Shown here: in pieces, positions 9,881-18,786 of the stretch
How the letters are laid out: each line of letters begins with the position of its first letter
Position numbering within the stretch: position 1 is the first letter of the stretch
DNA from: an uncultured candidate division Zixibacteria bacterium
GTDB lineage: Bacteria > Zixibacteria > MSB-5A5 > UBA10806 > 4484-95
NCBI GenBank assembly: GCA_963668625.2
Contig: CAXXKA010000008.1
Location: 64,001-128,000, forward strand
Direction: 5' to 3'
Length of the DNA: 64,000 bases
Made by a program: the position numbers and the translations under genes
Notes under the pieces: model-generated
What the model was told of the DNA's origin: nothing
What the model saw: the letters and a program-made list of their open reading frames with translations, nothing else
The model's database searches: none

Positions 9881-10936
9881 TTACTCATCGCCATCGTTGT
9901 CACCATCCAGGTAATGCCAGTTTTCTTTATTCATCACCTGCGAGTAATAAGGGTTATTCTCAGAAATTTCCACTACAATACTTCTGTTATCGGGGCGGGT
10001 AATAAAATCGTAAGCTCTCACTTTCTCGACAATTCTTGAATTACCGAAAAAGTAAAACGTGATCTTATCAACCGCCCGGGCACGGAAATAATGGATGAAC
10101 TCAGAGACCAGGGGATCGAAATTCGTCTCGATATCATACATAAAACAGTCGACTACCTGGACATTATTTTCTACTACCTGGTATACTATGTACCCCTCTA
10201 TATTTCCAGTCTCTTTATCGATGAGAGTGAAAGCATTATAATTTTTATACGGGCAATCGCCGAACCGCCAGTTAAGAGCGACACTCGATCTTTCACCGAT
10301 CAGCTTATATTGTCCGGCGGCTCTACTCCAGAGAACATCGAACCGCCCATCATACTTTTTCACGATCTCGAACATATACTTTTTATTGTTGATAAATTTA
10401 TTTTCAGGGGATTTCAATTTATAAAACAGGTCAACTAAGTACGCCGCTATAGACGTCAGGAAACCGATTTTCAAATACCTTTTCAGAAGGTAATACGATT
10501 TCATGATTTTAATCAACCTGACTGTCCTGCCAACCAGCTTATAACCCGACTTTAAAGCCACTTTTTCCGAAATTATATTAGGCGTAGCATATAAAAAATC
10601 AAGCCCCAGTTCTTGATACTGTTCCACCAGAACTTTTTGGATATCGGTCGCGGCGCCCAGCTTGCGGTATTCTTTAAGCACGGCCAAATCACCCGCGATA
10701 CCCGCTGTTACCTCCTGTGAACCAATCCTCATCTTTTTGGGAAACGCGGCGCTGGCACCGATGGCCATACCAGTTTGGTCATCCTGCACCAGCCAGCAAA
10801 GAGCCTGCCCGAATGGATTATCCCGGTAGAAAACATCATATTTGCTCTCCGGCCAGCCCTCGAAATTATCCAGCCAGAATCGCTTGATGCGCTTCTCATC
10901 TTTAGCGATATCTGCTTTAACAATCGAATAACTCAT
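9881..10936 (-). CDS. GNAT-family N-acyltransferase, paralogue 1 (long type)
   Basis: GDLAVLKEYRKLGAA acyl-CoA motif A, YATPN, LNWRF; start moved to ATG 10936 (AAGGA RBS). Confidence 0.8.
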   Translation of the reverse strand: MSYSIVKADIAKDEKRIKRFWLDNFEGWPESKYDVFYRDNPFGQALCWLVQDDQTGMAIGASAAFPKKMRIGSQEVTAGIAGDLAVLKEYRKLGAATDIQKVLVEQYQELGLDFLYATPNIISEKVALKSGYKLVGRTVRLIKIMKSYYLLKRYLKIGFLTSIAAYLVDLFYKLKSPENKFINNKKYMFEIVKKYDGRFDVLWSRAAGQYKLIGERSSVALNWRFGDCPYKNYNAFTLIDKETGNIEGYIVYQVVENNVQVVDCFMYDIETNFDPLVSEFIHYFRARAVDKITFYFFGNSRIVEKVRAYDFITRPDNRSIVVEISENNPYYSQVMNKENWHYLDGDNDGDE

Positions 10937-11071
10937 CGTAACTATTTCCTTTTCAACCAAACCGAGGAATCGACCCAAACGGTCAAATTGCTATCTAATC
11001 AAAATATCATGTGGAATGAAATCGAACGTCTATACCGTTGGTATTAACGTCCAGTATTTTAATTATAATTA

Positions 11072-12145
11072 TCAGGCATCCCCGTCATTATCACCATCGA
11101 GATAATGCCAGTTCTCCTTATCGAGCACGATATCATATTCCGGGTAGCCCTCAGAAATCTCTACGATTATACTTCTGTTATCGGGACGAACCATGAAATC
11201 ATAATCGGATGCTTTCTCGATCACATCTTGATTCCCAAAATAATAAAATGTCACGGTATCGATATCCTTTTTTCGGAAATACTTGATAAATTCCGAAAAC
11301 ATGGCGTCGATATTTTTCCCCAAATGAATCGAGAAAAAATCGGCTATCTGAACGTTTCTCTTAATTATTTGATACACGATATAGCCGAGGATTTCCCCCG
11401 ACTTGCCATCGGTTAACGCGAATATATGATAGCTCTTGTAGGGACAGTCGGAAAATCGCCAGTTTAACGCCCGGCTCGTGCGCTCACCGATTATCGCGTA
11501 CTGGCCTGCGGCTTTCTCCCACAGCCTGTCGAAACGTTCGTCGAATCTTTCGGGCAGTTCGTAGCCGTAGCGCCCCTTATTTTCGAAATCCTGATCTTTC
11601 GATTTGATTTTCAATACCAGGTCCACCGGCCATGAAACCAATTTCGCCAGGAAATCGATTTTCAACGCCCGCTTGAGATAGGGGAACGATCGCAGGATTT
11701 TCACCATCCTGACCGTGCGGCCAACGATTTTATAACCGGCTTTCAGACAAACCCTTTCGGAAACCACGTTGGGCGTACCATAGAGAAATTCCATGCCGGC
11801 CTCTTTATAGCCGGATACAAGTGTTTTTTGCAGAAGTTTCGCCTGGCCGTGCCCGCGATAAGCTTTCTCTATCCCCAGGTCGCCGGCGATTCCCACCATT
11901 TTGGGTTTTCCGTTTATCATTATCCGTTTCGGAAAAACGGCGGTGGCGCCCACTATCCTGTTATCACCGTCATGTTTCAACAACCAGCAAATCGACTCAC
12001 CGAACGGATTATCCGAATAAAACAAATCGAACTTGGCCTCGGGCCAGCCGCGGAAATTATCCTGCCAAAATTTGACTATCTTCGACCTGTCTTTAAGGAG
12101 GTTGGTCTTGAATATAGAGTAATCCTTAAGCGCCTCTTCAATCAT
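11072..12145 (-). CDS. GNAT-family N-acyltransferase, paralogue 2 (long type)
   Basis: GDLGIEKAYRGHGQA, YGTPN; colinear with 9881-10936 including C-terminal ENWHYLDGDNDGD; start ATG 12145 with AGGA RBS. Confidence 0.8.
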   Translation of the reverse strand: MIEEALKDYSIFKTNLLKDRSKIVKFWQDNFRGWPEAKFDLFYSDNPFGESICWLLKHDGDNRIVGATAVFPKRIMINGKPKMVGIAGDLGIEKAYRGHGQAKLLQKTLVSGYKEAGMEFLYGTPNVVSERVCLKAGYKIVGRTVRMVKILRSFPYLKRALKIDFLAKLVSWPVDLVLKIKSKDQDFENKGRYGYELPERFDERFDRLWEKAAGQYAIIGERTSRALNWRFSDCPYKSYHIFALTDGKSGEILGYIVYQIIKRNVQIADFFSIHLGKNIDAMFSEFIKYFRKKDIDTVTFYYFGNQDVIEKASDYDFMVRPDNRSIIVEISEGYPEYDIVLDKENWHYLDGDNDGDA

Positions 12146-12235
12146 TTCAATTCCTGTTCGATTAAAAGCCCGCCGTAACACGATCGATATCGGCGGCCAA
12201 AATTTTCATGACATCAGTATTCCCGTAGCTTGATA

Positions 12236-12922
12236 TCACAGTACGGTAAAACCATCACCCGGTGGTCTGGTAAACAAACTGATTTTTCTCGAACCGTTTT
12301 CGATATTTTCGGCAATCGAGAATCTCAGGAAAAACAACTTTATGAAAAACAAACTTATTATCGGTTTATACCCGGCCTTGATCTGGATATCATAGCTCAA
12401 TTGATTTTCGCTTTCGATAAAACAGAAACGGTATTTACGTCCGGTTTCTCTCTCCAGTTCGCATTTAAATACCATTAATGAATTATTCAAACCCTTATTT
12501 CGAAACTCCGGCAGTGTCTTGAACCAGAATCCATAGGAGCCGTCCGCGCCGAAATCATATTTCAACGCCAGACCCTTGATAAATATCTTGCCACTGCAGA
12601 AAAAAGCCACAGCGGAGGGGTTCCCCCCGTTTAAGGTAGCTAACAGGCATGTGACTCCGGATTCGTGCAAGCGGATAAATGTATCTTTGTCAATGTCACT
12701 TATACGTACTACATCCTCAGCGTCAGCCCCCGTGGCCACTCTCACCTGAACCTCAGGATTCAATTTTCCGGGGACAGCCACCGAATCGGTGTACATCATC
12801 CAGCCTTTATTAAAGCGGAAAAGCCATCCCGGGCAATATAGCGATATCCCTCGTAACGCCCCTGAGATTTGTCCAGTCAATATTTTGTTTAATATTTTCC
12901 CCCTCGACTGTAAAATCTTCAC
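12236..12922 (-). CDS. GNAT-family acyltransferase (short type), paralogue A
   Basis: TLPEFRNKGL motif A, IESENQLS..GY motif B. Confidence 0.72.
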   Translation of the reverse strand: MKILQSRGKILNKILTGQISGALRGISLYCPGWLFRFNKGWMMYTDSVAVPGKLNPEVQVRVATGADAEDVVRISDIDKDTFIRLHESGVTCLLATLNGGNPSAVAFFCSGKIFIKGLALKYDFGADGSYGFWFKTLPEFRNKGLNNSLMVFKCELERETGRKYRFCFIESENQLSYDIQIKAGYKPIISLFFIKLFFLRFSIAENIENGSRKISLFTRPPGDGFTVL

Positions 12923-13608
12923 TAAATTAGCTTGCAGTCCTTTCGTACTTGCCCGTAAAACCCCTTGAATGACGATCTACCGGTTTGTAAATCTTTCATC
13001 CACATGAAATTCATACAGAAAATCTTGAAGTAATAGATATCCGCAATCGGCTCGTAGCCTGTTCTCATTCTTATATTGTAACTCAGCTCGTTATCGAACT
13101 CTATCATGCTATAGAGATAACTAGCGCCTCGCTCTTTCGCGTATGTTGCTTTCGCGACCATAAGCGCATAATGAAGTCCTAATCCGCGGGACTCCGGTGA
13201 AGTTGCCGACCAGAAACCATAAGCGTTTTTACCGAAATCGTATTCCAATCCCATTCCCCTGATAAAGCATTTACCGAAGGCATTCCAGGCAACCGAGGCC
13301 GGTGGATTATTATCTATCGAGGCTAGAAAACAGGTAAGCCCCGAATCAAGCAGTTTCTCCAATCGTTTTTCGCTCATCCCGCTGATACGAGAAATATCAT
13401 CGATATGAGATTTATTCGCTATGGTTACCCGTATATTCTCGCGTGGTTTCTTCTCGAAATCAAGCATCTGAGAACGCAACAGACGCGCTTTGTTGAAACG
13501 AATGACCCAATGAGGAAAACGTCGGGCAAAACCGTTCAAAATTATGGATAATTTCCCGGTTTTGAATTCGTGTTTTTTATCTTGTGCTATTTTCGTTACG
13601 CTCATCAT
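12922..13608 (-). CDS. GNAT-family acyltransferase (short type), paralogue B
   Basis: TSPESRGLGL and IEFDNELS..TGY; colinear with 12236-12922, both 228 aa. Confidence 0.72.
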   Translation of the reverse strand: MMSVTKIAQDKKHEFKTGKLSIILNGFARRFPHWVIRFNKARLLRSQMLDFEKKPRENIRVTIANKSHIDDISRISGMSEKRLEKLLDSGLTCFLASIDNNPPASVAWNAFGKCFIRGMGLEYDFGKNAYGFWSATSPESRGLGLHYALMVAKATYAKERGASYLYSMIEFDNELSYNIRMRTGYEPIADIYYFKIFCMNFMWMKDLQTGRSSFKGFYGQVRKDCKLI

Positions 13609-13893
13609 AAATTAAACTTTTTAGTACATTGATCGACATCTAATGGTTGATATATAACTACTAATATTCCTACAGAGGCAAGTATAGCCCGATGTTTTCT
13701 TTACCATTTCCAATGCCCGCAATAAACTTCATCCGGGTACTGCCAATCGCCTTTTCCCCGGATCCGAAATTATTAACTGATCTTTAAATGACTAACGGTA
13801 TTCAAGTCTCTATCGGTTTCATTAATATTCATGAAGAATCCCGTGAACCAAAGAGAAGCATTAGTCTCAATTGCCATAATAATAATATTCGGG

Positions 13894-14649
13894 CTATTCT
13901 GCCAGTGCTTTTTCAATAACCGAACGAGCGGCGTTTGACAGAATCAAATACCCTTTATCGTTAACATGAACCGGATCGACCGAGCAATCCCTCGGTAAAA
14001 AGCCATTATCATCTCCTATCGCCTCAGCGAAGTCTATGAGATATAGGGAGTTGGCTTTCGCGTATTGACGAACCCAGTCATTGAACTCACTTAACGTACC
14101 GGCCACGTCGAAATCCCCGATATGCGCCTCGGGTTTACCGGACGGGATAATCGTTGAGACAATCGGCGTAATTCCCTCGTTTTTCGCTAACTCGACCATC
14201 ATCGACATTCCATCCTTTAGCACCTGTAGAGGCATATGGGGACGGATATTTATCGAGCAGAATTTGATAATCACGGCTTTCGGCTTGAGATCCAACACAT
14301 CTCGTTTATATCGAGCCAGCATCGAGGGCACGAGCTGATTGCCGACTCCCCTGTTTATCATATCGAATTCGGGGAAATATTTCTCGAAATCCCAGCGATG
14401 GGTTATCGAGGCGCCGAAAAACACCACCCGGTTGGGATCGGCCGTACCATCGGCCACCTCTTTCATGATTCGGGCGTTATCCTCTACATACGGAACTTTT
14501 GCTTTTTCCTGATGGGTACCACCGGTGATTTTTCTTTTCAACTCACCCAGCGGCGAACCACCGTATTTGATATAGTGGAAAAATCCCCAAATCGCCAGCA
14601 GGTTAAGTAGTATCGAGCCTATCAGTATAATTTTTAGAATCAAATTCAT
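13894..14649 (-). CDS. SGNH/GDSL-family hydrolase, membrane-anchored
   Basis: VFFGASIT (block I variant), INRGV, DPVHVN (DxxH); N-terminal TM. Confidence 0.85.
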   Translation of the reverse strand: MNLILKIILIGSILLNLLAIWGFFHYIKYGGSPLGELKRKITGGTHQEKAKVPYVEDNARIMKEVADGTADPNRVVFFGASITHRWDFEKYFPEFDMINRGVGNQLVPSMLARYKRDVLDLKPKAVIIKFCSINIRPHMPLQVLKDGMSMMVELAKNEGITPIVSTIIPSGKPEAHIGDFDVAGTLSEFNDWVRQYAKANSLYLIDFAEAIGDDNGFLPRDCSVDPVHVNDKGYLILSNAARSVIEKALAE

Positions 14650-14684
14650 TATGTTACCACCTTCCCATATTCGAATAGCTAGAT

Positions 14685-15269
14685 TTAGTTCATGCTTGCT
14701 TTTCGGGCCGGATTACCCATGAAAGTCGTATCATCGGGAGCATCTTTCAAAAGGACACTCCCGGCGGCTATCGTGCAATTGTTGCCTATATTAGATAGTA
14801 TCACCGCGCCCTCGCCAATCCAGCTTTTAGCTCCTACTTTTATTCTCGTGTATTGTTCATCGACCTCATCGTTATCTTTTCTTTCGCCGGGACGGCCATG
14901 CTGGTATTTCCCGGAAACCAGCGATACCCTGGCCCCAAAAATAGTATCCTCGCCGATATCGGCAAACCCGATTATCGAATAACAGCCGATAATCGTTCCC
15001 CGCCTTACTATCGTATCGCGATGAGCCAGCATACTGCCCCAGAGCATGTTAACATCGAAACCAACGTGAGTGCACACCGACTTGTAGTACGCCAGACGGA
15101 TATACGAACCGAATATTGTCGGGACAGTGGCCATGATCTCTTTACAGAACGTGTAAATTCTCTCGGAATATTTACCGAGTATGGCGGCCTCCAACCAGGT
15201 GATTAGAATAAACGGCAGAGTGGGAATAAGACAAACAACAAACAATAGACGTTTTATGATCTTTTTCAT
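14685..15269 (-). CDS. Hexapeptide-repeat (LbH) O-acyltransferase
   Basis: SWIGEGAVILSNIGNNCTIAAGSVL..D.P....GNPAR. Confidence 0.88.
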   Translation of the reverse strand: MKKIIKRLLFVVCLIPTLPFILITWLEAAILGKYSERIYTFCKEIMATVPTIFGSYIRLAYYKSVCTHVGFDVNMLWGSMLAHRDTIVRRGTIIGCYSIIGFADIGEDTIFGARVSLVSGKYQHGRPGERKDNDEVDEQYTRIKVGAKSWIGEGAVILSNIGNNCTIAAGSVLLKDAPDDTTFMGNPARKASMN

Positions 15270-15292
15270 TTTCGGTGTTTATATGAGCCTTT

Positions 15293-16381
15293 CTACTCGC
15301 CCCCGTTATTGTATTGTTCTATCAAATCCTGAACCTCGGGTAAGGTTGCCTCGCCCTCGCGGAATTCGAGTATCTTTCTATCAATATCCCGACGGGTAAC
15401 CGAAACGCCCCCGACCCGTTGTATGAGCAAATCCTCGGTAGCTTGACGAAAATAATCGAGGAAAACATTCTGCAGGGCAACCATGCCCGATGAGCTCAAA
15501 TGCGATTGGGAGCCGGAACCAGCCCAGTAGCTATCCCTGAGACAGTAGCGATTGTAGGCGCCGGCGTTGGTTTCGGCCATCGGACGGTATATATCGTATG
15601 TCCAAACATTGCGGTATTGCGCACCCTCGTCATTACTATGTATAACGAAATCATCACCGGCAAACCATGTCGAAAGGTCATATACCATCTTAGCCATGGT
15701 GGTGTCACTATCGAAATCGTCATCACTGCCGGTTTGATATGCCAATGGCGTGCCCATAAAGAAAGTAACATTTATATCGGGGTGATTGACTACCGAATCT
15801 CGAACCGCCTTATACCATTTTTTAATACTGTCGGTTTTAGCCGGCGAGAAATCGCGCCATACGATATAGGGATTTTTGAAGATCACCATGTCGTAATGCT
15901 CGGTCGCCGTCTGGCCGCCGGCGTATGGTACCTGATGTTCCACGAAGGGGTACCAGAATACCGAATCCTCTTTTGAGGGACGCTGGAAAATATTGCGAAG
16001 CAACGGCGAATACCAGTCGGTATCGAATATGCGGTTACGATTACTTACACCGCCACCCTGGAAATTATAATCGAACCCGGAGTTAATCCTGTTTTCGACA
16101 TTGCACCAATCCGCTCCCGACCAGATATAAGCGGTATCACTCAAAGCGCTGTCTTGATGGTCGTAGTTGATATTATATGTTCTTAACACTATCCGGGCGG
16201 TATCGGCGCCCACGGCTACGGTCATGGTATCAAGGACATTCCTGATATTTCCATTGCCACCCTGACAATTGTTAATTGCAGATTGACCGACCGAGTAATG
16301 TACCAGCATATATGATACTCTGACCTGCTCAGCCTGAAGTATCCCGGCCAGCAGCAATATAAATAGTGCAATCTTCTTCAT
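15293..16381 (-). CDS. Secreted hypothetical protein (possibly SGNH-like)
   Basis: Signal peptide MKKIALFILLLAGILQA; HYSVG, DMVIFKNPY, GTPL and SHLS motifs. Confidence 0.7.
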   Translation of the reverse strand: MKKIALFILLLAGILQAEQVRVSYMLVHYSVGQSAINNCQGGNGNIRNVLDTMTVAVGADTARIVLRTYNINYDHQDSALSDTAYIWSGADWCNVENRINSGFDYNFQGGGVSNRNRIFDTDWYSPLLRNIFQRPSKEDSVFWYPFVEHQVPYAGGQTATEHYDMVIFKNPYIVWRDFSPAKTDSIKKWYKAVRDSVVNHPDINVTFFMGTPLAYQTGSDDDFDSDTTMAKMVYDLSTWFAGDDFVIHSNDEGAQYRNVWTYDIYRPMAETNAGAYNRYCLRDSYWAGSGSQSHLSSSGMVALQNVFLDYFRQATEDLLIQRVGGVSVTRRDIDRKILEFREGEATLPEVQDLIEQYNNGGE

Positions 16382-16458
16382 AGTATTAATCCCGTTTTAG
16401 TTTTTCTTCCTGTTCAACTAATTTAGCCCACCCTTAAGATATCGACATACTTCCAAGC

Positions 16459-17298
16459 TCATTTTAAATAAACTATCTTACCGGTGGTAATCATATCTTC
16501 GGCAATAATCGAATAAAAATAAATTCCACCCGCTAAATTCTCCGAGGGATGCCATCTAAGTGACTTACTCTCAACGAATTTAGTATAATGAACAAGCCTG
16601 CCCCTGATATCGAAAATGCGCAATATACCACTGATGTAATAATTCAAATCATCAGTTGAAAATTTGAACACTACCGCATTATTGAACGGGTTGGGGTAGG
16701 CTATCCCAAAGTCCGTCCGTTTGGGCAATTTTGACTGATCCCCCTCGATTGACACATAAATGTTAGCCTCGATCGTATTTTCCGGGGCAACGGAAAAAAA
16801 CTCCGCCTCATCACTGACGAAACAAGCACTATGAAACGGCAGAACATAGCTACCGGGATATGTACAGATATAAAGAGCAGAAAGCTCGAGAGTTTGTGAT
16901 GGATTTAACGCTACATTGGCAGTGTCCGAATCATCGGGATAATCGATCAGCCATTCATACAGGTAATAGCCGGGGTATATAGTATAACTCCTATGACGGT
17001 TATAATAATAAGCGATACCATTGCCGTTAACGCCGATATCGAATCCGATAAGCCGAAATTCTTCCGGCAATAACTCATCCAGATATAGATTCCTCAAAGG
17101 TGATCCTGTACTATTGGTTATTGTCCTATCGATCCGAATGGTATCCGAGGTACTGAACGACGTATCGCTGATGGTATAGCCTATATCAATATTATAACCC
17201 TCGGGATACAGCCTCTCCTGGGCATTAAGTGTTACCACTGATAAAAAAAATATGATAATAGCTAATCCGGCAATGCTCGTTTTCTTCATAAAATCCAA
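16459..17298 (-). CDS. Secreted protein, DUF11-like domain plus T9SS type A sorting domain
   Basis: Signal peptide; C-terminal AYPNPFN...IFDIRGRLV...LAGGIYFY...KIVYLK. Confidence 0.85.
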   Translation of the reverse strand: MDFMKKTSIAGLAIIIFFLSVVTLNAQERLYPEGYNIDIGYTISDTSFSTSDTIRIDRTITNSTGSPLRNLYLDELLPEEFRLIGFDIGVNGNGIAYYYNRHRSYTIYPGYYLYEWLIDYPDDSDTANVALNPSQTLELSALYICTYPGSYVLPFHSACFVSDEAEFFSVAPENTIEANIYVSIEGDQSKLPKRTDFGIAYPNPFNNAVVFKFSTDDLNYYISGILRIFDIRGRLVHYTKFVESKSLRWHPSENLAGGIYFYSIIAEDMITTGKIVYLK

Positions 17299-17490
17299 TC
17301 GAACTTATTAATATAGCCTAACTATTATATCCCTCTTTGGGTTTCATGATCATAAATATAAAAAAGCTAATACTATTTCAATACATATTCCATAAATTAA
17401 CGGAATCTTTTTTCAATATTTAGATGTTTACATATGTTAAGTTTAATGTATATTAATTAAAGCTTCGAGAAGTATTAAACCGGGGAAATC

Positions 17491-18540
17491 GTGAAAGCAG
17501 TACTGGCATCGTTGGCAATCTTTATTAGTCTATTTGGCTTATCACGGGCGGATGACATCTTATTCCCCTCCAATAATGGTATCATAATCAATTACAATGT
17601 ATCAAGTTACGAGCTAACTACCGATGATACTTTGATGATTGAATTCATGATTTCCAATAACGAGAACCATGCATTCGAGGGGCTGTTTTTAACGGAAATT
17701 CTCCCCGGTGAATTCCAGGTGATCTCTCAAAATATCTCGGTTAACGGCCAGTCAATATCAGGCTATGAATACACTTTCCAGGCCAGCCGGCTATTTTCCG
17801 GTTATAACGAGTATCACTGGGTTATCGATGATCCTCATTCGGATCGAGTAAATCGCCTTCTATACCCCGAACAGTATATGATTTTGACGATAAAAGCTAT
17901 TCCCCAATCGGCGGGTCAATTCAGATTACCTTTTCATACGGTATGTTTTTACTCGAATCAAATCAGCTTTTTCCTGCTCAGCGATATCTTAACGATATCG
18001 GTCGAGCAATCGGCCAGCCCTGGCAACTTAGCCGGCAGGGCGTTAAACTATCAGGCGGAGCCTATCGCTAATATGCTATTCAGGATTGATGCCTCGCTTT
18101 TTGACTACACCAGTGATGCCGGTTATTATAGTATAGCCCAAATTCCTCCGGGAATTTATGATATTCGGGTGACACATCCCGAGGAGGGTGATTCGGTCAT
18201 CGAGGATATAACCATTAACTCATCGATGGAGACAAAACTGAATATAATTTGGCCGGATGACAACATAAACGGCTTGGATTACGAACCGGGTGATATTAAT
18301 GGGGACAATACGGTTATTGGCAGTGATGTGACTTATGGCGTAAATTATTTCCGGGGCATAGGTTCGCCTCCGCCGGATTCATTCTGGAGTAGTACGAGCA
18401 ATCGCTGGATATATTCCGCCGCTGATGCCAATGGAGATTGTATGTTCATTGGTTCCGATATCACATTCATTGTAAATTATTTCAGGGCGATTCACGAATA
18501 TATACGATGGTGTCCTTTAACTCCCCCTAACAATCGTTAG
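17491..18540 (+). CDS. Secreted protein, DUF11-like plus carboxypeptidase-regulatory-like plus dockerin-like domain
   Basis: Signal peptide; GNLAG...TSDAGYYSI..IPPGIYDI; duplicated GDINGDNTVIGSDVTYGVNYFRG / ADANGDCMFIGSDITFIVNYFR. Confidence 0.85.
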   Translation: MKAVLASLAIFISLFGLSRADDILFPSNNGIIINYNVSSYELTTDDTLMIEFMISNNENHAFEGLFLTEILPGEFQVISQNISVNGQSISGYEYTFQASRLFSGYNEYHWVIDDPHSDRVNRLLYPEQYMILTIKAIPQSAGQFRLPFHTVCFYSNQISFFLLSDILTISVEQSASPGNLAGRALNYQAEPIANMLFRIDASLFDYTSDAGYYSIAQIPPGIYDIRVTHPEEGDSVIEDITINSSMETKLNIIWPDDNINGLDYEPGDINGDNTVIGSDVTYGVNYFRGIGSPPPDSFWSSTSNRWIYSAADANGDCMFIGSDITFIVNYFRAIHEYIRWCPLTPPNNR

Positions 18541-18786
18541 AGGATAATATAGTACGCAATATACTATATCTCCAGGGCAAATTACATCCAACAATAGCGA
18601 TATGTCAGTAATATATAAGGAATATATAATTATATTATTGTAAAATACTTGTAATAATAAATAATTCTATTTATATTAATAAAAATAAGTGCAATAACAA
18701 ACTACATCCCGAATTTTATTTCTGGAAATTGGTCGCTCAGGCAATGATTTTTAATTAGAGTAGTTGTTGCAAATATCGGGGGTAAA

